From positions 11,720,238 to 11,784,237 of the forward strand of contig OZ316892.1 in the NCBI GenBank assembly GCA_973895155.1: a stretch of DNA of 64,000 nucleotides. Reading direction: 5' to 3'. The position numbers and the translations under genes were made by a program. This stretch comes from Marsupella aquatica. Taxonomy: Eukaryota > Plantae > Marchantiophyta. The notes beneath the pieces were generated by a model that saw only the letters and a program-made list of their open reading frames with translations, had not been told where the DNA came from and searched no databases. Positions 9,563 through 20,975 of this stretch are shown one piece after another. How positions within the stretch are numbered: position 1 is the first letter of the stretch; each line of letters begins with the position of its first letter.

Positions 9563-11623
9563 ATCTTCCACCACGAAGCAGCCAATCACCTTCCCACCTT
9601 GCATGTAATATATACGCATAGTATTAAAGTTGGGTCACCTTCTTAGAACCATTTCGTCCACCCCTAGCTCCTGGTTCAACAGCCACAATGACCCCATCTT
9701 GGAATTCATGCCCCGCCAATGGAATGTCATAAGACCATCCATCCTGTCCGTGAGGAAAGAGTAAAACATAATGGAGTGGGGCATAGGACCTATGCCACTC
9801 GGAAATCCATTGTAGGCCACCATTCCTCTTCCTTAGGATTATATCCCTCCCACATGTTTCAATATCCTCATCTCCAACCATTATCACGCCAATTTCATCT
9901 GCCGTTGGTTTATTGTAGCGCCTGGGGTCTATATCCCGCTCCGCTACAATACGTAGCGATACGTCTGGCACCTCAGTGTCGTCAATACGGCTCCCTGCAT
10001 TTTTGAAGACCCTCACATACGGATTGTACATATGGAGCATCTCTTGCAAGGAAGCCAACACCGCATGATCCAATTGTGGCATCCTATTCATCCTGGAACC
10101 CAAGAAAAAACCATAAGACACAATATTGCAAAGATCATGTAACATCAAAGGAATATCAAATAAGTTGCACATGTTAATTACCTGTTCCCCAACTCATTCT
10201 CTATGTCATGAATATAGAGTTGAGCAAACTTTGGCCCTGCTCCATCAGGAGGCAAGAGGCTACCGGCACGATGATACAATGCTCCTTGGATACGAAAGGA
10301 GTATGGGCCACGATTGCCACCCCTTTCGTCAATTTTAACACCTAGGGAGGTAAATGCTAGGGCATTGTTGTAGCCTCGAATATTCTTTCGGAATGCTATT
10401 GCTGCGGCATTGGTACCAATCAGCAAGCCTCGAAGCGGCTCAGGGGGAGCACCAAGTGGGGGCAATCTCACTTTCCCGTCGGCGCAACACATGGTGAAGC
10501 ACGGGTTGCGTTGTGTTCCTGACTTGCACTCTTCCATCCAATGAAGCGCTTTACATTGTCGGCACTCGATGTTCATTTGCCCCAAAAGATGTTGACCCAT
10601 TGTAGGGTCCAAAGGTTGCCTTGCCTTTGGCAACCGTTGGATCTCTTCCAATCTTTGACGCTCCCGCAATACGTCATTTGGATTGAGTTGAGCTGGGGTA
10701 ATTGGTGCCAGGTTTGTGCCTCCCGTTTCCTCTTGGAGGTTATGGTCTATCTCGTCATCCTCATATTCATTTGGCAAATCCAAGGTGCCTTGAACAAATG
10801 TGTCAAATTGACCTCCTCCGTCATCCAGGATAGGATTTTCCCCCTCATGCAATGCACCATCAATGAGCCAATCTTCATCAAAGATGTTAGGGTCAGACCG
10901 TTCATTGTTTGGCATGGACTCACAGGGCAGGGAGACGGCCAAAGAGGCAACCCCATCTTGTAGAGCGCCATCAATGAGCCAATCCTCGTCAAAGACATGT
11001 AGATGTTCTGACACAGTGTTGGTTATGGGCTCACACGGTGGGGGAATGGCAAATTCCTCCGGATGTTGGTCAACCCTACATGCGTCCAAGGCACCATCAA
11101 TGAGCCAACCTTCATCGAACATGGGAGGGTCGGATGAACCATTCACAGGCGTCACTGCATGAGTGGAAACTACACTTGGGGTTCCCTCACGATTGTTATT
11201 GACAATGACGGATCTGGCCGATGCCTGTTGAGTAGCCCTTGCTTGACGGCGAAGCTCCCTTCCACTATTTGCGCGGCCAGATGCTATAGTTGGTCCTAAA
11301 ATGGCCCCCTCAAGGGAGGCCACCACTTTTGTTGGAATTCTCTGTGGTGCCCTTGCTTTGCGGTGCAATTGTCGGCCACTAACTCTAGGGGAAGGTGGCA
11401 CACTTGATTCTGGTATCAAAAGTGCCATACTTGGTGTAATGCTTGCCATTGTTATCGGAGATCCCACGCTTGGTGTGGAGGATGGTTGCGGCATCGTACA
11501 AACTTCAGCCCCCTCTTGCAGATGTCGCTCGGCATATCGTTGGCGACGCCTTGCATTTATGGCTGCCCTATTTTGGGCATGCCGTTCGCGATTAGCTTCC
11601 AATATTTTGCTTGGTGTTCTCAT
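9563..11623 (-). pseudogene. Helitron RepHel N-terminal region, two exons (intron 10093-10181), premature TAA at 9624-9626, truncated
   Basis: CRQCKALHW..E, CCADGKVRLP, FRKNIRGYNNALAFTSLG, FRIQGALYHRAGSLLP, PKFAQLYIHD, NPYVRVF, RRYNKPT, YAPLHYVLLFPHGQDGW and VTQL*YYAY...GGRL are all conserved Helitron motifs. A GT-AG intron joins the two ORFs in frame. Confidence 0.9.
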
Positions 11624-14214
11624 GGTCCAGAAACTCTCAAAACCCCTTCATCATCTGCATCCAACCCACACAACATATGAGAATTTTGGATGCACTTGCA
11701 TTGAAGCTCGACAAACCCCTAAGTAAATGCTATGTTGAACGCCGGTTGGGCCACACCTTTGCAAGAGACCCGAGACATGTGAGGAGATCCAATATCCGTC
11801 GATGATACTGCTTACCACAATCCCTCGTCTCACCCCCCCAACCTTGCTGGCGATCATCTTGCTTCCACGATGTCTCTTGCCCCTATGGTACCCCGGGTGG
11901 TACCCCCTGGTATTCATTACGCCAAAAGGTCACCCATCCCTGTGTCCGTCACCCATGGGACGTGGAAAATTCTCCATTCCATTGCATTTGTCCCCCCAAA
12001 CATATTCCATCCTTGTTTGAGGGTTGCCCATTGCCATTGCCGTCACTCATGGACCATCGCTCCCATCAGATCCCATCATCGTTCTCATCAGTTCCCACCA
12101 TTGCCAACAATATGCATCTCATTCCCTCAAAAACATTAGTCCCCTTAAATATACTTCTGGGGTCCTGCCACCCCCGGACCACATTTTGCGGTGAAATTTT
12201 GGCCCCCAATCCCCAAAAGTCTAGGCGCTGAGTTAATGGAATGCCAAGGCGAGCAAGCGTGGCAGGCAGGGTGACGGATTGGCTTGGCCGTGCGACAGAG
12301 TATGGGGTTGACATTGATCCAGGCATGGGCGAGGGCGTCATCATTCATTTGGCCGTGACATGGAATGGGCTCACCTTGGTTACCAAAGGGTCTAGGCGCG
12401 GGCGAGTGGCAACCATGCACTGGCCGTAGCCTGACCACTCATGTGTGGCAGGGGTGACATTGGGAGAGGCAGCCATGGCCGTAGAGTCCAGGCACAGGCA
12501 GGGGCAACCTCAGGAGAGTCAGCCAATGCAGGGTGCATGGCGAGGCACCAGCGCTCACCTCGGGGATGTTGGCGGAGGGATGGCCAGGGCTGAGGGTAGA
12601 GCAAGGGCAAGGAGAGCCGGTGAGCCAGCCCAAAGCGCGCATGGATTGGGGCTACAACCGTCTTAGCGCGAGCTCGCCTGGACCGAGGAGCATTGGAGGC
12701 ACGCCAACGATGGTGGCAGGGTGGTCCAGGCGCGGCCAGGCAGCCGTGAGCCAAGGGGAGGCAGAGAGCACGCCTGGACCAAGGGGCCGTGGCAAGGCAA
12801 GCGAGTGAGCATGAGGGCAAGCATGGCCGCGCCTGGACTGGTTCCAGGGCGTGGCAGCTGTGCCTGGGCAAGGGAGGGGGAGGTGCTAGTGAGCCAGGGG
12901 CATGGCAATGCATCCAAGGGAGGTGCTAGTGAGCCAGGGGCATGGCAATGCATCCAAGGGAGGTGCAGGGACAGGCTGTGCTCGCCATGACGCGACTGGA
13001 CTGGAGTGATGGAGGCAGCCTCAGTCGTGGCAGGGTGCGACCGAGGGGCCTCAACCGTGGGGGCCAGGGCACGCCTGGACTGACAAAGAAAGTTCCAAGG
13101 CAGGGTGCCGGTTCCAATGTAGCAAGGGCGAGGGGTGGCCGGGGCTTGGAGGGGCTGGCAGTGGCGGAGGGCGGGTTTAGGGAGCAAGAGGGGATGGCGA
13201 GGGGGCGAGCACAGTGGTGAGCGGGGCGCGGCGGGCCAACCCAGGCACGGGGTGTGCCAGGGTGAGAGCGAGGCTGCGCTCGAACAGGGAGGGAGGGCAT
13301 GAGGCGCGGCGGGCCAATCCAGAGTCGGGCCCTGAGGTTTCGTGCTGCACCCCAGGTTTCGTGTTGAGGAGGGAAGGCGCCAAGGAGGGGAAGAAAGTGG
13401 AGGGAGCGGGAAGCGAGGTGGCGAGGAGGGAGTGGGGAGTGGGGAGCGAGGAGGGAGCCGGCAGCCACTAGCGAGGTGGCGAGGAGGGAGCGAGAGGGGA
13501 TGGTCAATGGCAGGGGCCGAGGGGGGGCGCAAAGGGGAGGGCCGATGGTCCCTCCATGCGGGAGTACTCCATGGGCCGTGGAGGGGAGGAGGAGCGGAGG
13601 CGGGGAGGAGGGCCGTGGGAGGGAGGAGCGGAGCGCCATGGCGGGGAGGAGGGCCATGGCGGGGAGGGAGGAGGGCGAGCCAAAGAGGAGGGAGGAGGGT
13701 GTGCCATGGGGTGAGGGGTGTGCATGGGAGGGGAGTGCATCGATGGTAGGCCCTGACAACAGCCAATGGCAAGGGAGGGCAGCCCAAGCAGCGTCGCAGG
13801 CTAGCCACGGAGAGAGGCAGGAGGGACATGTGAGGCAGGCAGAACGGCAGGGTTACGCTGTCAGGATTTTTACTCCTTGCCTGGACTGGAGCGAGGGGAG
13901 AGTTGGGCGCTCAAGGGGGGTCAGGGGAAGCAAGGCAGGAGGGCAACCCAGGCAAGCGCAAGCCCTGCAGGGCAGGGCATACCAAGTCGTGGCACAGCCA
14001 GGCAGGTCGTTGCCAGAGGGAAAGCAAACTACGGTCGTGATACGACGACGGACAAACGTACCTCGTCTGGCGGCAAGACAGGGGACAAACAAACCTATCA
14101 ACGGCCCTTAAAAAATGTGAAATAATCCAACGGCCATGGATGACTCCCGCCCTCTGCTCATTTCGTAAACGAACGAAAGCCAAAAAAGGCGGCATCGGTT
14201 ATTATAGTGTTAGA
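9563..14214 (-). mobile_element. Helitron, 5' part only (truncated before the Rep and helicase core)
   Basis: The minus-strand 5' end reads A|TCTAACACTATAATAA, i.e. host A plus the TC start typical of Helitrons. An internal RepHel N-terminal ORF is present. No CTRR 3' end or hairpin was found in the window. Confidence 0.8.
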
Positions 14215-14413
14215 TCACTAGCTTGATTTCTACACTAGCCTATTATTTGTTCCATAAACATAGACAACCAGACCTAATTAATATATACGCTAACCCTTTT
14301 TTTATTTATTTTTTATTTTTATTTTAAAGGGAAATATGTTAAACGTCACAAAAAGGGAAGAGTTGGCCCCAATAGCTGGAAGAGCCGGCCCACAATAGTT
14401 GAACCTAATATTT

Positions 14414-14755
14414 TGTTAGGTATTGCTCTTAGTCTTGAGACTTATGAACTAATCACAATTAAGCTAACTCAAGTTAGGACTTAACTAATATTAACGGTAG
14501 TGCTGTTGTGAATGTTAGGGTTGATGTCAGCCCCTGATGAAACTTAGTCTCATTGTTATGGAGCTAGTTGAGAGATAGGGAGAGCTTGCGCTGTGAATGT
14601 TTGGTATGGCCGGTCGGTCTAGAGAACAGTAAAACTCTTGTGTGTTCCCGTGGACGTAACCTCATGTGGAGGTGAACCACGTATCTCTCTATGTCGACTC
14701 TTGTGCGTTAGATGGTTCATGGGCTTGCCGTTGCGATAGTCGTCTATGCTCAACA
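14414..14755 (+). mobile_element. Solo LTR (342 bp) of a copia family related to the neighbouring element
   Basis: TGTT...AACA ends; flanks TATTT/TATCT form a 5-bp TSD with one mismatch. Internal ttcccgtggacgta...gaggtgaaccacgta is the reverse complement of a motif in the 324-bp LTRs. Confidence 0.7.
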
Positions 14756-14928
14756 TATCTATCAGTCTCTACTCATTCAAGTGAACTACCTCAAAGTCAT
14801 ACCTCTCTAGGCACCTTTGAACAAAATCTTATAAAACACTGGTAGTGGTCAGTTGGCCTAGAACCGAGAGGTCCCGGGTTCAATCCCCCTCCACATGCAA
14901 GGGTTGTGTGTGAGGGTGAGGTGTAGTG

Positions 14929-15252
14929 TGTGGGAAGAAATCAGATCAGGAAATACACTCCAAACATACACGTGCTCAATAGTTACGTGGTTTGCCTCAA
15001 GGTTGGCTACGTCCACGGGAAGACCAAGCTTTATTAACGGTTATGTGTCTACTCAAGCATCACCATAGCTCCTATCTCTTCAAGCTCTCATCTCTTGCTG
15101 TATCATTGTGTTCTCTCTTGAGAACTCTCTTGTGTGTTCTCTCACCACATAGAAGTTGAAGAGATAAGGACCAATCTCTTCAACTAGGGTTTACTCTAAC
15201 CCCAGTTAATATACTAATCATAGTTCAACCCAAGACTGAGTTAACCTCTACA
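14929..15252 (-). repeat. 3' LTR of copia element
   Basis: Direct repeat of 20652-20975 with about 6 substitutions by eye. Polypurine tract TCAAGGGGGAGTT (minus strand) is adjacent at 15253-15265. Confidence 0.95.
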
Positions 15253-15446
15253 AACTCCCCCTTGACTCACGTCTTGGGAGGGTTCATAACATTGTCTTTT
15301 CCTTACAAGTTCCTCCGCGGGAAGATCAAGACAGTAGGGCCAAAAGACCCTCCCCCTAATGCAAGGGTTAACTAGAACTAAGCCGTAGCCGATAAGCCAT
15401 CGGATGGAGTACTCATATAGAGACATTTTCTTGGTTAACTCTATAT

Positions 15447-18400
15447 TTACAATATTTGTAAATAATTATAATGCCTTGAAAAACTATTGGAGTCTAACAT
15501 TTTGGTAAAAGCATCCGTTGGATTAAGCTTTCCATCAATCTTGACAAGCTCAAACTCATCATCCGATAATGCCTGTCGGATGAAATGATAGCGGACATCA
15601 ATGTGCTTTACCCTGCCATCCATCACTTGATTCTTGGCAGTGTAAATTGCACTTTGACTGTCACAATGAAGATAGACACAATCTTGTGATAAGCCCATCT
15701 CCGTGACAAGCTTTTTCAACCAAATGGTCTCTGATGCTACTTCTGCTGCCGCTACATACTCAACATCCATAGTAGACTTTGCAACACATTTTTTGGAGAG
15801 TAGACTTCCAACTAATGCATCCACCAGCAAGTGTAAATACATATCCAGTTGTCGATCTCCTCTTATCCAGATCACCTGCATAGTCTGCATCCACATAACC
15901 TTGAAGCACTTTCATATTGTTTGAACTTGTATCAAACAATAAACCCTTCTTAGTGGAACCTCTGATGTAGCACAAAATCCATTTCACTGCTTCCCAATGA
16001 ACTTTTCCTGGATTTGCCATGTATCTGCTTACCTTGCTAACGGCATAAGCTATGTCTGGTCGGGTGCATACCATGAGATACATTAAACTACCCACAACAC
16101 TTTCATAAGGAATGTTGGACATCAAACTTTTTTCTGTCGCATCCGATGGATAAAATGCTGCAGAAATATTGAAATGCCTTGCCAAAGGAACACTCACAGC
16201 CTTAGCATCTGCCATGTTGAATTTTGAGAGTACCTTCTCTGCATATCTTTTCTGCGTCAGCCAAAGTTTGGCTTTGTTAACATCCCTGACAATTTCCATG
16301 CCTAGGATCCTCTTGGTTGTGCCCAAATCCTTCATCTTAAACTCATAACTGAGTTGGGCCTTAAGCTTATCAACTTTGCCCCTATCCTGTGCTGCAATGA
16401 GCATGTCATCCACATAAAGTACAAGGATGACAAGCTTAAAACCTGTGTTGTTCACACGCCTGATGTAAACACATGGATCGTACACGCTTCGCACAAATCC
16501 AAGCGATTTCAAAAATTCATCAAAACGCTTGTTCCACTGCCTTGGGCTCTACTTTAATCCATACAAGGATTTTAGCAACCTGCATACCAAATTTTCCTTG
16601 CCTTTTTGCACAAAACTCTCTGGTTGCCTCATGTAAATCACCTCATCCAACGATCCATATAAGAATATCGTGACAACATCCATTTGATCTAAAACCAGAT
16701 CAAATAAAACTACAAGAGCACATAGCAAACGTATTATTGAATACTTTGCTACGGGTGAAAAAACCTCATTGTAGTCTATACCTTTCTGTTGAGTAAAACC
16801 CTTGGCTACCAATCGAGCCTTAAATATCTTCTCAGCATCCTCCGTGGGTCCATCTTTCTTCCTATACACCCACTTGCTGTCAATAGCCTGCTTATCACTA
16901 GGTAGACTTGTGAGTTTCCAAGTCTTGTTATCATGAAGTGATTTCATTTCCATGCGCATCGCCACCTGTCACTGTTGCTTCTCCGTAGAAGCTAGGACCT
17001 CTCGAAATGAGGATGGATCTCCATCTTCTGTCACCAATGCATCAATAGATTCTTCCTCCAAATCCACATGATCAAAAGGAAGCCAAGTTCCATACCTTTC
17101 CTGGGCTTGACGTTTACGAGTTCCTCTTCGCACTAAAGACTCTGGCTGATCTGATTGTAGTGTGCTTTGCCTTACAGTAGTGTCAACATATTCTTCATTT
17201 GATACATTCTCTCCTCTTAAATCCTCTAGAGGAGGAGATTGCACTTTGTTAGTAGTAGGGAATTGATCTATCTCCCTCTCCTTCAATGATTTGTCTTCAT
17301 TGAAGGATACATCCCGACTAACAAGTAACTTGCAATCAACTGGATCCCACAATCAATATCCTTTAACGTCACGTTGATAACCAAGAAAAATACATTTCTA
17401 GGCTCGAGGATCTAGCTTAGTCCTATTGTTGCTAGGAACATGTGCATATGCTTCACAACCAAAAACCCTAAGCTTTGAATAATCAGCAGGTCGATTGTGC
17501 CATAGCTCAAAGGGGGTTTTGTAAGTAATTGCCCGACTAGGAGAGAGATTTACTAGATAAGCAGCTATGTTGACAGCTTCTGCCCAAAAGATTTGTGGCA
17601 ATTTAGAGTGGCTCAACATGCTCCTTGCTCGCTCCAACAATGTGCGGTTGAGTCGCTCAGCAACACCATTTTGCTTAGGAGTGTACACAGTTGTGAGATG
17701 GTGAGTAATTCCCTTATTTGCATAATACGTGTTGAACTCGCCAGAGGTGTATTCACCACCATTATCTGATCGTAGATATCTCACATTCTTTGCAGTCTAT
17801 GTCTCAACTTGAGCTACCCATTGTTTGAAGATGGAAAGCACTTCAAACTTATGGACAATGAAATAAATCCAAACAAACCTTGAGTAATCATCGATAAATG
17901 ATACATAGTATTGTTTGCCTGAATGTGAGGAAACCGGAGCAGGACCCCACACATCGGAATGAATATACTCAAGTGCAACTTTAGAATGATGAATGGCAGT
18001 CAGAAATGGAGTTCTTATTTTCTTGCCGACAATGCAATGAGCACAAAAACTCAACTTGCATGCTTGCAATCCTGGTAGGAGATGTCGCTTGTGTAGGATT
18101 TCCAAACTTTTTTCACTCATGTGACCAAGCCGAGCATACCATAAATTGATTTTCTCCTCCTGAGATGTGACCAAATTGACTTCGGCAAGAGGTGTGGTGC
18201 CTTCCAAGACATAGATGTTTCTTTTCCTCTTGCCAATAAGAACTTCAGTTGATCCATGCGTGACTGTTAATACCCCATCAGTTGCACTCCATTGATAACC
18301 CTTCGCATCCAAGTAGCCAAGAGAAATCAAATTCTTACACATTTCTGGAATGTGTCTGACATTTGATAGAGTACAGTACTTGCCACCGGGTAGTTGAATC

Positions 18401-19482
18401 ATTACGGATCCAATCCCTAAAACTTTGCAAGAATGATTATTTCCCATCAAAACAGATCCGTTGATAGGAGTGTAGGATGAGAAAAGTTCACGCATATAGC
18501 ACATGTGATACGAGCAAGCGGAATCCAAGATCCATTGACAATCCTCAACTTGGGAAGTGGTACACAATGCAAATCCTTCACTATCCTCTTCTCGAACAAC
18601 CAGTTGGGCTGAAGAACCGACAATTTCCTTGAATGTGTCTTTGACGCGACAATCCTTCTTCATGTGGCCCACTTTGTCACACTTCCAACACTTTATTTCA
18701 CGAGTAGACTTGGATGGTGATTTGGATTGAGATCTAGATCTGGATCTAAACCTCCTCCTACCAAAAGATCGGTCGTGGAACCTTCCTCGCTCCATGGGAA
18801 GTGGGTTAAACCTTTTGTTTTCATGAGATGGCTCCCTTGATTTGCCTCTTTCTACCAACAGTGCTGTTGATGATGAGGTTGAGGTAGGATGAGCTGAAGA
18901 AACCAGCTTAGACTGCATGTCATCGGTCAACAGGGCACTCACCACATCATTGTAGGATATAGTTGTCTTATCACGGAATAGAAGAACTTGAGACAAAGAT
19001 TGGTACGAAGGTGGTAGTGAACTCAAGAGTTGTAAGGCTTTCTTTTCTTCGCTCAAATGCTCCCCCAAATTCTCTAGGTCAACCACAAGATCATTGAACT
19101 GATCGATATGATCTTGAATCTTGACTCCATCAGCCATTTTGAATTGCATGAGCTTCAGGCTTGCATACATTCGGTTTGACATCTCCTTCTTGTAGTACTT
19201 ATTGCGCAATGCTTGAAACAAGCCTGTCACCGTTTGTGTTGCTTTTTCCTCGAACTGCTTCTTCACATTGTTTTTCAGGTACATGCCAACAATACTTACC
19301 GCTTGATCTTGGAGATCATGCCAATCATCATCTTCCATCTCCTTGGGTTGAGATCTTAGTACCTTGCCTAGGCCCATCGCCCTAAGTGCATCCCTCACGT
19401 TACGTTCCCACATTGTATAGTCCATCCGACCATCAAAATTTTCCACCTCAAACCTTTGACCTTCAATCATAGTAGTCGCCAT
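15447..19482 (-). pseudogene. Copia gag-pol polyprotein with several nonsense mutations and a frameshift
   Basis: Gag with zinc knuckle CWKCDKVGHMKKDC; protease WILDSACSYHM; integrase HSDVWGP, LRSDNGGEY, NGVAERLNRTL; RT KARLVAKG, QMDV, LYVDDML; RNase H YVDADYAGD, CDSQSAI, KHIDVRYHF. Stops at ~17797, 17398, 17353, 16969 and 16549; frameshift near 15790. Confidence 0.95.
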
Positions 19483-20637
19483 CGCTGAAATGCCAAATGT
19501 AGTGTGGAGTCGTCTTCCGACAAGAATTAAACGTTGAATGCTCAGATGTGGGGTGTGAAAATAAGGCCAAAAATGAAAGTTGGTGAATTTTAAAACTGAT
19601 CACTCCTATGTGTAGCCCACAAGGTAACGCTCCAAATTTTGAAAACGGTTTGTCAAATGGACTCTCGAGTGCCGAGAATTTTTACTCCGACCGGAGGGGG
19701 TAAAAGATGAAATAATTACCCCTCGAGGGAATCTCTTATGCCAAAGATTCCACTAGTATACTTTTTCAGAATTGAACGCACCAATACTTGCCTAGCTTCC
19801 CCAAGTACGCCTCTCCAAAAGTTGAAGTTGATCCGATTTTATTTGCCGCTCGGAATCTTTGACCTTCGGTGAAAATTTAAGCCTCTGGAAAAGAATCTTT
19901 TTGGGAAATTCCGTCCGCCCTTGTACAGCCCCTGTGGGGGACTTCACAGGGGGCACTTCCCCCTGCCCGAGCCCTATCGAGCCCTAAAAGGCCTCCTCAA
20001 AGTTTTCGACCTCCTTGCGCATCCGCAGAAGTCGCAACTACTCGCGACAGAAAGTACCTCTCGGCGGATTCACTCAAATTCTCGTCTCAGCTTTTGACGA
20101 AATCCAATTCTGATTTCAGATTCAGAAACTAGACTTCGAGGGCATCAAGATTGATATAAAGAACTCGCAAAACGGTGGAGTAATGAGGGAGAAACAATTC
20201 GGTGAAAGTGATTGATATTAAGTTATCCGCCATAGCCAAAATTTCGAGCTCAAAAAACGAGAATTGAAATTAAGATTGTTTCTCAACCGTTTGACAAAAT
20301 TCAACGATGTTGATATCGAAACGTCTAGAAAGACAAGGCGCTCAAGCGTATCTCAATTTCAAGTCCTGATAGAACAATCAAAAAGACTGATCTGAGAAAT
20401 TGACCTTATCTCTTGCCAGATAACGTAAATTGAAAACTGTCACTTACAATTGTTTCCGTTTCTGACCTCAAGCCTTCATTGCTTCACTGAAATGAGCCCC
20501 TGGTTGTGTGCTCCACACTTGTGAGAAGATTGAGTTCGATCTTCTTTCAATAGCTCCGCTTCGAAGAGAAAATCATCCGTTGTTCGCTTTGCTTGAAGCA
20601 AGTTCTATGGAGTTCTTAATCGACTGAAAAAACCTGA

Positions 20638-20649
20638 GCTCTGATACCA
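20638..20649 (-). promoter_or_regulatory. Primer-binding site for initiator tRNA-Met
   Basis: Minus strand reads TGGTATCAGAGC immediately inside the 5' LTR. Confidence 0.95.
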
Positions 20650-20651
20650 AT

Positions 20652-20975
20652 TGTGGGGAGAAATCAGATCAGGAAATACACTCCAAACATACACGTGCTC
20701 AGTAGTTACGTGGTTCACCTCAAGGTTGGCTACGTCCACGGGAAGACCAAGCTTTATTAACGGTTATGTGTCTACTCAAGCATCACCATAGCTCCCATCT
20801 CTTCAAGCTCTCATCTCTTGCTGTATCATTGTGTTCTCTCTTGAGAACTCTCTTGTGTGTTCTCTCACCACATAGAAGTTGAAGAGATAAAGACCAATCT
20901 CTTCAACTAGGGTTTACTCTAACCCCAGTTAATATACTAATCATAGTTCAACCCAAGACTGAGTTAACCTCTACA
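20652..20975 (-). repeat. 5' LTR of copia element
   Basis: 324-bp direct repeat of 14929-15252, adjacent to the PBS. Confidence 0.95.

Larger units (their letters stand above)
14929..20975 (-). mobile_element. Full-length Ty1/copia LTR retrotransposon (Tnt1/Tork-like), inactivated
   Basis: Two 324-bp TG...CA LTRs with 5-bp TSD TAGTG (14924-14928, 20976-20980), an iMet PBS, a PPT, and gag-PR-IN-RT-RH order. Confidence 0.97.

Noticed and set aside
12392-14195. Long Pro/Gly/Arg-rich ORFs (for example 388 aa at 12663..13829)
   Set aside because: Open in many frames because the sequence is GC-rich and low-complexity; no domain motifs.
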